From positions 96,844,001 to 96,908,000 of the forward strand of contig NC_043000.1 in assembly GCF_006345805.1 (NCBI RefSeq): a stretch of DNA of 64,000 nucleotides. Direction: 5' to 3'. The position numbers were made by a program, and so were the translations under genes. Source of the stretch: Octopus sinensis. Taxonomy: Eukaryota. The notes under the pieces are model-generated. The model did not search any database, was not told the origin of the DNA, and worked only from the letters and a program-made list of their open reading frames with translations. Shown here one piece after another: positions 1 through 13,250 of the stretch. How positions within the stretch are numbered: the first letter of the stretch is position 1; each line of letters starts with the position of its first letter.

Positions 1-35
1 ACTCACGCGCACGCGCGCTCACTCACACACACACG

Positions 36-84
<49 letters not shown>

Positions 85-100
85 ACACATACACACACTT
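1..100. repeat. (CA)n/(CG)-interrupted microsatellite
   Basis: Direct reading of the sequence. Confidence 0.95.
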
Positions 101-410
101 AGTTACTGTACAGAAAGTAATGGTAAAGCAAATTGCACATTTTGGTTGAGTAAACCTTCCTCTTTACTAACACTTTATTTTCTTCTTCATCGCAATCAAA
201 TAATGAGTTACAAGTAGAAGCAACGTTCTGTCGTGTGCGCAGATGGATGATGAACTTCTAATGTAAGAGAAACAAGCATTGAAGACGGAGAAACAACTCT
301 GCTCACTGACATGAATCACTTGTTACCAGACAAACTGAAACGTACAGACAGGTTAATCAACTCGTGAGCTTACAGCTCAACTAAACTGTAGCCACAAACA
401 AAAGATGGTA

Positions 411-950
411 GAAAACTTTATGCATCGGAAAGTGTGTGCAAAGTTAGTACTTCATGGCTGATACTAGGTTAAAAGGACAGAAGGGTGGAAAACTATCTGC
501 GTTGGTGGAAGCGTTTGAAGGCAATAAAAATACATTTTCATGATCTGGTTACAGGGAGTAAAGTACAGGCGTATCATAATGATTCAGACACGAAGATACA
601 GTCAATGGAATTGCGTCACACTTCTTCTTTAAGGCCTATGAAGTTCTAGAGCCAGTGATTGGCAAAATAAATCGTCATGGTCACTGTATTTGGGGATTTT
701 TCTGGAGCGTAGCTGTATAGTGGATAGCCAGCGATACAGCGAGGCATTAAAAACCATTGAAACGCCCAAAAAGCTATTAAGAGGAAGAGAATGAACATGA
801 ATCTGGTAGTGATCCAAATTCACCATGATAATGCGTAAATACACACATTCTTTGGAAGGAAATTAGGCAATCAGCAAATTGGGCTGGTCAGTGATACCAC
901 ATTCAACGAACAGCTCGGATCTAGCACTCACTTTTGCATTTATTTCGGTA
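411..950 (+). pseudogene. Highly decayed mariner transposase remnant
   Basis: Translation across stops/frameshifts gives RKVCAKLV, DLVTGSKVQAYHNDSDTKIQSMELRHTSSLRPMKF, IVMVTVF-(W)D, HHDNA*IHT (821-835) and KLGWSVIPHSTNSSDLAL..LHLF. These match the mariner motifs RKVCARWVP, VTGDETWV..YDPETKRQSMEWRH, HDNARPH and GW.VLPHPPYSPDLAPSDFHLF. Confidence 0.8.
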
Positions 951-1145
951 CAAAATTAGTTCAAATGTATTTGCCCATGCGTATGTCTGTGGAGGTGTGG
1001 GGGATCTGGGGCGTCTATGGTCTGTCTTTCTTTTATTTATTTATTCGATACTGTAATGTTTAAGCACGACTGACGTTCTGTAAATGACATAAGCTACATT
1101 CTATAAATATGATTAGTTCATCAACTGATCAACTAATTAATGAAT

Positions 1146-1151
1146 TATATA

Positions 1152-1240
<89 letters not shown>

Positions 1241-1245
1241 TATAT
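1146..1245. repeat. (TA)n microsatellite
   Basis: Direct reading. Confidence 0.95.
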
Positions 1246-1518
1246 AAATTAATATTTTTATCGTTGTGAAATTATCTTTACGCATGCAACAAATCAAATA
1301 CTTTTTGTTTTGTTTTCGATTTTTATATGTTCCGCTGAACGGTTTTCAATTTCATCGTTCAGAATCTATTTGACAGTTGGAGACATGAAACTCAGAGCAA
1401 CACAGTTTGTACTAAATAAATCTCTCATACTATTGTTTCAGTTGGATTACTCTCTTTGTCTCCCACTTTCTTCCTACACTGAAGTCTTTGTATTCAACTG
1501 TTTACACACACACACACA

Positions 1519-1570
<52 letters not shown>

Positions 1571-1710
1571 TCATAGCGTCAAAAATGACGACAGTTTTAT
1601 TTCTTGTAGAGAATGATTTTCAATAGGAAACACAAACAATATTTCTGCTGTGTTGTTTACTGCAAATATGTACACACACTTAAATGCATGAATGTATATA
1701 CTAATTATTA

Positions 1711-2958
1711 TATCAGGTCATCCCATAAGTTCTGTCCGATTTTACCTTTTTCAAAGTTGAATGAAATTTAATAGTATTTTAGAATGTCTAATGGAATTAA
1801 AAATTATTTTTATGCATTTGTGTACATTTAAACTAATTAAATATTATTTTACAGAATAACAGAATTAAAATTTCTTTGATTAAAACTCTTTCTAACATGG
1901 AAGTATCCAAAGAGCATTAAAGGCACATAATGTACTCATAAAGAGTACAAAAAAGGGAAATTCTGCAGCCGAAGCAACTCGAAACATACACTAAGTTTAT
2001 AGGAAAGAATGCTTGCATGAAAGAACTTGCAGAAGATGGTTTGCAAAATTCAGAAGTGGAGATTTCAGCCTTGAAGATGAACAGGACGTTCAGTAATGCT
2101 CCTTGAGGCATTACTTAAAGAAAATCCTGCATTATCAGTTGAAGAATTGGCAATAAAGCTTAGTTCAAGCTATACAACTGTTCATCATCATCTTCAACAA
2201 CTTGGAAACGTTCCTAAACTTGGAAAATGGGTGCCTCATGAATTGTCCGAAAGCAACCGTAAATCCCGAGTTGACATTTGCTCTTCTCTCCATTCACGTG
2301 AACTCATTTCACTCTTTTTTGATAAACTTGTGACTAGTGACGAAAAATGGATCTTCTATCAAAATGTTAAACGTGGTTTGGTAAAAGGGAAAAGGCTCAA
2401 CCACAACCAAGAAGGGAACTTCATGGAAAAAAGGTTCTTCTCTCTATCTGGAGGGTTTGCAAAGGAGTAATTCACTTTGAATTGTTACCACCTAATGCAA
2501 CAATCAATGCTCAAGTCTTCTGTCAGCAATTAGAGCGTTTGAGCCAAGCATTGAAGAAAAAAAGACCCGCTTTAGTGAATCGAAAAGGAGTGATGTTTCA
2601 TCAGGACAATGCCCGACCCCACACTGCAAAGATCACATCACAGAAGATTGAAGAGCTTGGTTGGGAAAAAATTCCTCATTCACCTTATTCTCTCGTCCTT
2701 GCTCCTTCAGACTACCATTTGCTTCGTAGTTTACAGAATCATTTGGGGGACATAACTTTCGCAAGCCAGGAGGAGGTCGAAACTGACATTTCAGAGTTCT
2801 TCGGTTTGAAACCAAAAGAGTTTTACCTTGATGGGATTGTAAAGCTTGTAAATAGATGGACGGAAGTCATAGATAATCAGGGAAAGTACATTGATGATTA
2901 AATTTCAATTAAATATAACATTTGATTACTTGTTTTCTTTTTTAAAAATCCGGACAGA
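1711..2958 (+). mobile_element. Near full-length mariner DNA transposon (~1.25 kb), defective
   Basis: TA at 1711-1712 is followed by left TIR TCAGGTCATCCCATAAGTTCTGTCCGATTTT. A partial right TIR AAAATCCGGACAGA lies at 2945-2958. A transposase pseudogene lies between them. Confidence 0.9.
1897..2901 (+). pseudogene. Mariner (DD34D) transposase pseudogene
   Basis: ATG at 1897 (MEVSKEH*RHIM...GNSAAEATRNI...RTCRRWFAKFRSGDFSLED). ORFs 2096-2470 and 2482-2901 contain KLGKWVPHEL, VTSDEKW, HQDNARPHT and YSLVLAPSDYHL. There are several stops and frameshifts. Confidence 0.93.
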
Positions 2959-3580
2959 TATACGCATATATATGTATATGTATATATTTCTGTATCGACC
3001 GGGCCATCGGATTTTGCTTTCCACTACTTCCTTGCATTGTTGTTAGCTATCGAACGATGCTACCCAGGTGGCTAGGATGGTCAGGCAGACCAACATTACC
3101 TCTACAATCTTGCGATCGTTAGGGCAGCGCCTCAACTACTCGATCACACGCTTCCACACACACAGACACAAACACACAAACACGCATGCACGCACGCACA
3201 TACATTCACGAACACACACACTCACGCGTACATATATATAAAGAAATCGCTGTGGATAAAACAAAACTTTATATGTTGTGCATCAAATAGATAATATGTT
3301 ATCAATACCATGTGTACAAATAAGCTTATCCATACACCACTAACCTAATTTACAACTGCTTTATATAATAGTCAAATGCTATCTTCTATTGACTGGGGAA
3401 GAAAGCTTGTCTAGCTCTCTTGAGAAGCAGCTGAAAAACTGTATAATGGTCGGACAGATGACTCCCTTTCTTTCTTTCCGCACATCAGTTCTTATTTCTT
3501 CTATAACGTACCTATGTAATATTTAAATGCATTTTAGTTCTGATACACGTAGTATTGTGCATAAAAGAAATATTTTTTTT

Positions 3581-3975
3581 CTACTCGAGGCATAAGGCTC
3601 GAAATTTTGAGGACGAGGGGCAGTCTATTAGATCGATTCCCAGTACGTAACTGGTACTTATTTAATCGACCCTGAAAGGATGAAAGGCAAAGTCGACCTC
3701 GGCGGAATTTGAACTCAGAACGTAGCGACAGACGAAATACCTATTTCTTTATTGCCCACAAGGAGCTAAACATAGAAGGGGACAAACAAGGACAAACAAA
3801 TGGTTTAAGTCGATTACATCGACCCCAGTGCGTAACTGGTACTTAATTTATCGAGCCCGAAAGGATGAAAGGCAAAGTCGACCTCGGCGGAATTTGAACT
3901 CAGAACGTAACGGCAGACGAAATACGGCTACGCATTTCGCCCGGCGTGCTAACGATTCTGCCAGCTCGCCGCCTT
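3581..3975 (-). mobile_element. SINE family A, one tRNA-like head plus two tandem core/tail units
   Basis: The reverse complement begins AAGGCGGCGAGCTGGCAGAATCGTTAGC (A box) ... GAGTTCAAATTCC (B box), then core GACTTTGCCTTTCATCCTTTCGGG..GATAAA.TAAGTACCAGTTACG. The core is repeated, with an internal junction at 3741/3742. Confidence 0.88.
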
Positions 3976-4685
3976 GCATAATAGAAATATTGTTTGATTA
4001 ATGACGAGAGTTCAAAAGCACAAATATGCAAATCAAGTTACCTCCCATGCTGCTTGCCAAATTTACGTCTGCGTTGTATAGAGATAAAATTATCTGTGTC
4101 ATTGATTGGTCAAAACAATTTGTTCAACTCTGAGGAGTTTTGTTTGGAGACTATTCCCTCGCATCATTTACATACATTAATAGAAGATGAAGTAAATGCT
4201 TACGTTCTTATTTCGTCCACAGTGAAGCTTTGTAATGTTCAAATTTGTTTCACTTCTTATTTACGTGGGATTGTGCATTACACACACACAGACACGCGCA
4301 TGTATGCATATAAATGCTTGTATATTAAATGAAGACAATACGTTTTGTCTCCAGTAATCTTTTCTTTTGAAAATATCCCGTGTACTGTATATGCAGGCGG
4401 CGGCGGTGGGTTATGTGTGTGCGTAAGTACGAAAACAAAAACGAAGCAATCGTAAAAAAGTTTTGAATTCTTATATACAATTCCTTCAAGTAAAACGAGA
4501 AACTGAAAATAAAAAAATTTGAAATTAAGAGTATTCTCTCAATACTATTTATCGTTTCTGAAAAAATTTATAAAACGATCTAAAATTATAAATTAACGCT
4601 GATCTTTATTTTTTCAAAATTCATGTGTTTGAAAAATTATTTCAGTATCAGCTCTGATATTTCAAAAGCATAATAAATAAATAAG

Positions 4686-4720
<35 letters not shown>

Positions 4721-4893
4721 AAACATTAGAGACTTCGTGATATTTCGGCTCCTTCCGTCGCTTTTCGGTTTTACTTCGTCGCTTTGTATACAACAGGTGA
4801 ATTGTTTTACGACTGTCTTTTTTCTTCTCGCTCGTGATGGCAAAGTAGTATTTGTTCTGTTTGTGACAGAACACATGCATCTATCAGTAAGAA

Positions 4894-4895
<2 letters not shown>

Positions 4896-4956
<61 letters not shown>

Positions 4957-5120
4957 CGTGTGTGTGTACGTGCGTATGTAGGTGTACGCGTGCATATGTA
5001 GATGCGCATGTAGGCGTATGGTACGTGTTTCGGTGTTTCTGCGTATGTACGTGTGTGTGAGAGTGAGTGTGTGCGTATGTGCCTGTGTGTGCGTGTGCGT
5101 GTGCGTAGTCGTGCATGTGT
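4896..5120. repeat. (TG)n compound microsatellite
   Basis: Direct reading. Confidence 0.9.
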
Positions 5121-5996
5121 GTATAGGTTAACATGCAGTTTACCGTTGTAAAATGGTGACAGTAAATTGTCCTTAAGAAAGTACATTGCGATAGAAAACG
5201 GAAGTGACGGCAGTGACTTATCAAACTTTCATTAAATACATTTGATATCCGATGAAGCGACTTCCTATACTTCTATACTCTGTTCTCACGAAGTTGTCAA
5301 CTATTCATTCGAAAATGTTGATCCAAACGGCGATAGCATCCATACACAGACGTTAGAAAGGCGATGGATGCTCGCCAAGAAGAAACTTGGGTGACAATGT
5401 AGAACTAGTGATGATTTCTATAAATAAATAAATACATAAATAAATAAATAAATAAATGAATAAATGAATACATAAAACAGAGAAATATTTATATTTCGGT
5501 ACCCTCCGTCACTTTTCAGCTTTACTTCATCGCTTTCACAAGCAAATGGAGCGAAACAAATTTAGACATTGTGAAAAGCTATTCACATATCACATTTTGC
5601 GCATCAATGACTGTCATGTTTACCTGTAAATGTGATTATTTATGCCATATATATATGTATGTATATATGTACGGTTTTCATGTTGTAGTAATTATAAGTA
5701 CATTTATATATTGGATACATTGGTTATGTCAGATATTTTGTTTACCAGTTTTCCAGTTTATATTGCGATATACACTTATTTTATAAAGTTAATTTACTTC
5801 CACTAATTTGCGACGGTAAACAGTGCGCGGATGAGAAGGAAACTTATTGCCACACAGCTACCATTTAATATACACAGAATTTAAATGCAAGCTACCGTAA
5901 GTTTCAGGCTTCTGATAGCACAATAGTCAGACATGTTTGTATAGCATGCTGTGCACTATCAGTCAATCAATCTTTCAGGTTTAAAATACGTCATGC

Positions 5997-6117
<121 letters not shown>

Positions 6118-6408
6118 TAAAATATAATTAAGGTTCAGTTGATATAGGTATTTAAATTAAGGTCCCTTGCCAGTTCGGTATAGTCCGCGCAGCTGCAAGT
6201 TAGGTGAACAAAATGTAAATAAGTAACAAGGATGTACAGGTGTCAATACATTACGGCCGTTTCAAGCAGCCGTAACGTATTGAAATCTGCAATCTTTGTA
6301 ACTTATTTACATCCCACACACACACACACACACACCACACACACACATATATATATATTATATATAAAATACACATTAAGTACAGGACATCATCAAAGAG
6401 TGAAAAAC

Positions 6409-6497
6409 CCGTACACATACGAGAGATAAGTACAGGACAAAATACCCCAAAATACACAATAAGAATAAGACAATAACGACTGAAAAACACGTAACTA

Positions 6498-6528
<31 letters not shown>

Positions 6529-6859
6529 ATCTATCTACCTCTGTCCCCCACTATATATATATGTATATATATATAGTAATATAATAAATAAGATATATGC
6601 ATATATACATACATATATGTACATACTTACATCTACATGTATATATACATACATATATATATTTATATATATATGAGTACAGGACACCACAAATAAACGT
6701 AGAACACAACGAGAGACGAGAACATAAAATCAAACAAGGAAACGGACTTTTTTTAAGCAACGAAAAAATAGAGTACAGGACAAACAATACAAGGAAAATT
6801 CCCCTTCATCAGCTGTCCCTGGTTCGACTCAAAGTGTGTTTCGAATTCTCTTCTCCAAG

Positions 6860-6902
<43 letters not shown>

Positions 6903-7033
6903 GGAGAGAGAGAGAGGTAGATAGCTAGCTCGATAGATAGATAGAGTTACGTATTTTTCACTCGCTGTTGTCCTATTCTTATTGTGTATTTAGTGGGTAT
7001 TTTGTCCTGTACTTATCTCTCGTGTGTTTACGG
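6409..7033. repeat. ~100-bp inverted repeat pair (6409-6510 / 6932-7033) around AGTACAGGAC-containing repeats
   Basis: The reverse complement of 6932-7033 aligns with 6409-6510 (CGAGAGATAAGTACAGGACAAAATACCC..AAATACACAATAAGAATA.GACAA...TGAAAAA.ACGTAACT). Confidence 0.8.
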
Positions 7034-7035
7034 AC

Positions 7036-7203
7036 AGCAATTACATCGACCCCAGTGCTCAACTGTTATATATTTTGTCGACCTCGAAAGGATGGGAAGC
7101 AAAGTCGATTTCGATGGAATTTGAACACAGAACGTAAGGGCGGACGAAATTCCGCCATGCATTTTGCCAGCCGTGCTAACGATTCTGCCAGCTCGCCACC
7201 TTA
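7036..7203 (-). mobile_element. SINE family A copy (diverged)
   Basis: Same head (GCTAACGATTCTGCCAGCTCGCC on +) and core as 3742-3975. Confidence 0.85.
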
Positions 7204-7644
7204 AATCCACCGTATATTAAATAATGTTTATTTCTTGCTTGCTGGAGTACGTTTTTGTTGATCTGATCTAACGCAACAGCACACTATAACACACAGACAT
7301 AGACACACATACACACACGCACACACATTTATATACATACAAGTACATACATACGCATTTGTGGATATAACATTTTAACTATTTTACACATTCATATGAA
7401 ATATAATATGTACCTAATAATTAGCTCATTTACTAAAGGCAAACACAGAAGCCATGTAACATACGCGCACACTTCACTCTGTAGTAACTGATATAACACT
7501 GTACGAAAAGGCATTAATCATTCTGCCCTATAATATGACATTTAATATAATTCGAAGGGTCGCTCAACGCACGTGGGCTTAATATGGCTACACGTCATTA
7601 CACACAAGCATCGTACGTACATGCGAACATACACACAAACAAAC

Positions 7645-7697
<53 letters not shown>

Positions 7698-7859
7698 CGC
7701 ACGCACACGCACACACATACACACAATTAAAAGGCACAGCGAAATTGCTCCGTCCAACACCAAATAATAGCTATTAACAGAATTATACAGTAAATTTCAT
7801 ACATGAAATAGGGATTTTTATAATGAATGTTTTAAACTTAGTGATTAAAATGTACTTAT

Positions 7860-8050
7860 AGAGGCGCAACATATAGGTCCAGAGGAAGTAGAAGCTTCAG
7901 TGACGGAGTTCTTCGCCTCGAAGAATAGCAACTGTCATCAGCGTGCGATCAGAAAACTGGCAGGAAGTTGGCTTCAGGCGTTGCAATACGATGGTCTCTA
8001 CTTTGAATGCTGGACCGCTTTTATCGTAACACGACGAATAAAGCAAAGAG
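7860..8050 (+). mobile_element. Mariner transposase C-terminal fragment
   Basis: EEVEASVTEFFASKNSNCHQRAIRKLAGSWLQALQYDGLYFEC matches the mariner C-terminus pattern (..V.EFFASK...Y..GI.KL..RW..V...DG.YFE). Confidence 0.75.
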
Positions 8051-8139
8051 TCTTCATTGTTATTGTTGATTTCATTCTCTTTTAATTCAATGTAAATATC
8101 ACATTGTCTCGTGCTTGTAATTCACCTTTAAACTGTTCC

Positions 8140-8475
8140 AGGATAGTGGATAGGTAGGATCGTTAGAAGTTAGAGCAAAATGCTCTGTGTTCTACGATAT
8201 TTGTCCTCGATCTTCAAATTAGGAGTTGAAGTCCGACCAAGATGAACTTTGCCTTTCAGGGTGGGGGATTTGGCAGAATCATTACACCGACAGATAAAAT
8301 GCTCCGCATTATCTCTACTGGCTCTTCACGTACTGAGTTCAAATTTCACCGAAGTTAACTTTGCTTTTCATCTCCCTGCGGTTCACAAAGTAAAATGCCC
8401 GTCAAGTACTGGATCGATTTCATCAACTAAGCACCCCACCCACCAAATTCCTAGCATTGTATAAAACTTCGAAAC
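8140..8475 (+). mobile_element. Two adjacent decayed family A SINEs
   Basis: Two degenerate GAGTT(C/G)AA.T.C...AACTTTGC(C/T)TTTCA cores with GGCAGAATC-type heads. Confidence 0.6.
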
Positions 8476-8479
8476 AATT

Positions 8480-8552
8480 ATTATTATCATTATTATTGTT
8501 GTTGTTGTTGTTGTTGTTATTAATTATAATTATAGTAATGATTATAATATTA

Positions 8553-8584
<32 letters not shown>

Positions 8585-8591
8585 AATAATA

Positions 8592-8643
<52 letters not shown>
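8480..8643. repeat. Compound trinucleotide microsatellite (ATT/GTT/GAT/AAT)
   Basis: Direct reading. Confidence 0.9.
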
Positions 8644-8947
8644 CTTAACATTGGAAGTTGCGGAGTGGTAGAATGCTAGCCAAAACACCCCACTAGTATT
8701 CATTTGTGGAAACTACTAGACCACTGGGAACATTATAGGTGGCTCTAATGACACTTGTATTAAGGACAGGACATTAACAGAGTAATCTTCCAGTATGATG
8801 GCAAGACAAATAGAGATTTGTCTTATTTTATAAACTGTTGGAGATCAATTATGCCAAGTATATTTTTCATCTATATCGAGGCAAAAAAAACTTACAAGTT
8901 ATGCGTCTCTGACAAAGCTTCATTCTTTCCTTTGTTCCTTTTTTCTT

Positions 8948-9295
8948 TTATGTGCCATGCCAATAGGATTCTACAATCATGGACCTTCGCGTCTCCTTCA
9001 CACAAATTAGCACATTAGGTGGCTGATTTTCTGCAGCTAGCTGGGAAAGTAATCGCGTATCTCCTTTCTGTGTCTTCCCCAACCTTTTCTTCTATTCAGT
9101 TTCCTAGATGTCACCAAGTGTTCTCTTACGTTGAGGAGCTTTTTGGCGGTCTTTACTCGTCTAAGGATTTCGTTACTCAATTTAGGACACATTTATCATT
9201 TGTCCAAGGGACTACATCTTTGCAGTATTGATAAGCGTTTGTTCTTGTTATGTTCTAGCCTACATGTCTTACTCTAAGTTTAAATCCTCGGAGTT
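8948..9295 (-). mobile_element. Decayed RTE-clade LINE 3' end
   Basis: Minus-strand fragments SLGQMINV, EILRRVKTAKKLLNVREHLVTSRKLN and ETRRSMIVESYWHGT* resemble RTE YLGQMI, EIRRRIA.AK.AF.....LTSRKL and the terminal WRSMIA...HGT*. Confidence 0.55.
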
Positions 9296-9316
9296 TATGT
9301 ATCACAGGCAAACTTT

Positions 9317-9913
9317 CATTACTGATTGCCAAATCCAGAAAGTCACATCTATTGGTGAAGAATTGATCATACCAGCTGTAGCTGTTAGTGAAATTCTAAG
9401 TATTGTGTTTGCACCAGCCAGTGACTGACATAATCAATAAAATTTCTTTGTGCCATAAATCAGTACATCGGCAAATTGACAAAATGGAGAAAGATATGGA
9501 AGACGCATTATGTAATTTTTTGAGGACTACCCAATTTTCTTTACAAGTGGATGAATGAAGAATACTAGTGAATGAAGCTTTACTGTTAGCTTACGTTCTG
9601 TTTACAAAAGAAGAGAAAATACCTTAAGAGTTATCATTTGCCAGGGATTTGTTTGCAAATACAAAAGGAGAATCGATAATTCTTGTTGAGGAGAGTTTTT
9701 TTAAAGAAATGGGAACTGGTCTTGCAAATGGTGGAGCTCTGTTTATGGTGACTTGTCATTGTGGATTCATTGCACACTTAAAAGCATCAGTTGACAGTGC
9801 TTTGCATGATTTAATGGCAACATGTTGTTACAAAACAGAATTTAAAAACTGCCTTAGTGATTGCTTGCATCGTTCATTGTAATATTTCATTACAGCAATT
9901 AATAAAAATCAGA
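9317..9913 (+). pseudogene. hAT transposase remnant, Buster/Charlie (ZBED5/SCAND3-like) family
   Basis: SLLIAKSRKSH..IGEELIIPAV..SEILSIV..PAS.DIINKISL...MEKDMEDALCNFLRTTQFSLQVDE...NEALLLAYV.F.KEEKI..EL.FARDL.ANTKGESI...GFIAHLK...LSDCLHRSL*YFITAINKIR, with stops and frameshifts. Confidence 0.88.
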
Positions 9914-10169
9914 AATATTTCTTTCAAGGAAGGATTATTCGGACAATAGTTTGCTATTCCACGCTGGAGGTCGTTGGTTGTTGAAGAAAGCTTGGCCGAG
10001 TCGACTTCATTTTAAGAAGTTTTGGAATTCTTTACAGACAAAACTATCTGTATGTAAGACAGCATGAAGTAGTGCAGAGAAAACTTTTGTGTCAGATCCA
10101 TATTTCAAGTCGTATTAAGTAAAATTACAATCGCAAGGTGAACTGTATTTGATTTTAAAAACTCATGAT

Positions 10170-10346
10170 GATCACTGTTGTTGTTGTTGTTGTTGTTGTT
10201 ATTGTTTTTGCTGCTGCTGCTGCTACTGTTGCAAACCTTTTCAAGTTTGAATGCAGCATAGGACGAAGGAAATTTTATCATTTTCAATGTATTTTATCAT
10301 TCAAGAAAAAGACAGAAACACATGATGATGATGATGATGATGATGT

Positions 10347-10378
<32 letters not shown>

Positions 10379-10490
10379 GTGGAGGATGATGATGACAACG
10401 ACGACGACAAAGATGGCGGCGGTGACGACGAAGAGGTGGACGAAGACGACGGCGACGACGACGACGATGATAACGATGATGATGTCATTC
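10170..10490. repeat. Compound trinucleotide microsatellites (GTT, GCT, GAT, GAC)
   Basis: Direct reading; source of the poly-M/D/H ORFs. Confidence 0.9.
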
Positions 10491-10657
10491 AAGTCTATTG
10501 TCATTACTTGTAAGCATAGCACAGATTTCCCCGAACGATGTAAATATAGTATCACTAGAAAGATTCCATATTCGCCCTTCAACTTATTTTTCAAGTGTTG
10601 ATGGAACAGAAATGCAATCACATGCTGTCTATCAATCATACAATAATTTATCAATAT

Positions 10658-10890
10658 AAGGCGGCGAGCTGGCAGAAACGTTAGCACGCCGGGCGAAATG
10701 CGTAGCCGTATTTCGTCTGCCGTTACGTTCTGAGTTCAAATTCCGCCGAGGTCGACTTTGCCTTTCATCCTTTCGGTGTCGATTAAATAAGTACCAGTTA
10801 CGCACTGGGGGCGACATAATCGACTTAATCCGTTTGTCTGTCCTTGTTTGTCCTCTCTGCGTTTAGCCCCTTGTGGGTAGTAAAGAAATA
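10658..10890 (+). mobile_element. Full-length family A SINE with 14-bp target-site duplication
   Basis: A box GCTGGCAGAAACGTTAGC, B box GAGTTCAAATTCC, core and tail. AATAATTTATCAAT is duplicated at 10642-10655 and 10891-10904. Confidence 0.92.
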
Positions 10891-11371
10891 AATAATTTAT
10901 CAATGTTTTTGGCATCGATTTCTCTAAGTCCTTCAATTGGAGGTAGCCTACCAAATCAATTAAGTAACTAAAAACATCAAAATTTTCAACTTCAGAATTT
11001 AAAACGCGTGTTACCATTTCTGGTCGCAGCACCGGTTTATGGGCCACTGTGAAAGTTTCTAATTGTATTCCCATCGTCATATTCTTTGAATAAGGATTTC
11101 GTGCCGTTACGGACTATTTAGCAAAAAGAAAAAGGAACCGATTACAAATGGTTATAGAAGGCGATTTAAGGATGTTATTAAGAAAGACTGAAAATTTCTA
11201 TCATAACGCGACAACTGAACATGTTTTCTGACTGAACGTTCAAACATTCTAGAATGTTCAATATTTTGCTATTTATAAGATTCGAAGTTCCAAATTCTGG
11301 TTTGTCTAAGAAATGCTTTGGCACGAAATTCTCAGCATTTGAGTCACTACCATGGCATCACGGTTGGTAAA

Positions 11372-11538
11372 TTATATATATATATATATTATAATATATA
11401 GATATATATATATATATAGATATATATAATATATATATATACTATTATATATACATACTATATTATATATATGTATGTATGCATCTATGTATGCATACAT
11501 ATTTACATACATACATGCATATATACATGCATACATAC

Positions 11539-11569
<31 letters not shown>

Positions 11570-11752
11570 TACATGCATACATACGTGCATATATATGCAT
11601 ATATATACATATACATATACATACATACATACATTCATACATATATATATAAATATACGTACATACATACATACACACACATACACACACGCACACACAA
11701 ACATATATGTATATGTGGTGGGTTGTGGAGAGAGAGAGAGAGAGAGAGAGAG
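11372..11752. repeat. (TA)n/(TACA)n/(GA)n compound microsatellite
   Basis: Direct reading. Confidence 0.9.
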
Positions 11753-12227
11753 AAATCGAACCTCACTAATCCGGCAAAGTTGGAACCAATGAGGTACCGG
11801 ATTTTCCGAATCAGTAAAGCTAAAGTTTAAAATTGGCATAATATTGCCTATATTTGTACTATATATATATATGTATGTATTATTTTTTATGCCGTTGCAG
11901 CTTGCATAGCCATAAACCTAATTCATGCTTACTTGACTTCTTTCTCAAAAAGTGCTTTGACTTGTGGCACAACTTTACTGTACTGAGGCACAAAAATAAG
12001 TAGATTAGTGGAAAAGGCAAAGAAAACCAGCCTACTAATGCTAGTAAAACATTACATTCCTTAACAATTAGGAGCAAAAGGCAATCATGTTAACTTTACT
12101 GTAAATCCAATTTCTCAATATTTTTATATTTCCACATGCAATCTAAATAAGTTTTATATTATCTTTTTATGGTTTTTTTTTTATATATTTCAGATTTCGG
12201 TAACCTTATTATTTTCGGTGTCAGCAT

Positions 12228-12236
12228 TAAATAATG

Positions 12237-12295
<59 letters not shown>

Positions 12296-12425
12296 CATCA
12301 TCATCATCATCATCACATCATAATAATAATATAATAATAATAATAATAATAATAATATAATAGTAACAATAATAATAATAATAATAATAATAATATATAA
12401 TAATAATAATAACAATAATAATAAC

Positions 12426-12460
<35 letters not shown>

Positions 12461-12540
12461 TGATGATGATGATGATGATGATATGATGATGATAATAATA
12501 ATAATAATAACAACAACAACAACAACAACAACACAACAAC

Positions 12541-12600
<60 letters not shown>
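12228..12600. repeat. Long compound (AAT)/(CAT)/(GAT)/(CAA) microsatellite
   Basis: Direct reading. Confidence 0.95.
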
Positions 12601-12602
<2 letters not shown>

Positions 12603-12869
12603 CATTTCTCTCGTTGTTTCTTAACATACATTGTTGATGAAGCTTTTGAACCTTCACCATTCTCTGCACACAAGAATCTCATCGATGGGTCTCTTTTTTT
12701 TTCCAGCACACCAGTACTCAAACTTTTTTCGTAACAGAGTTAATGTTATTATGCGTTTACGTTTCATTCCGTTAAACACGCTTATATTGCCTCCTTCATT
12801 TTTAGTAGGTGTATATATATATAAGGATGAAATATTGGTGAAATAAGGTAAAATTATGAACATTATGTG

Positions 12870-13247
<378 letters not shown>

Positions 13248-13250
13248 GTG

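Noticed and set aside
5235-5335. CCGATGAAG...TTCGAAAATGTTGATC hammerhead-like spacing
   Set aside because: Position 17 would be G, and stems I and II do not close on the core. Too decayed to call.
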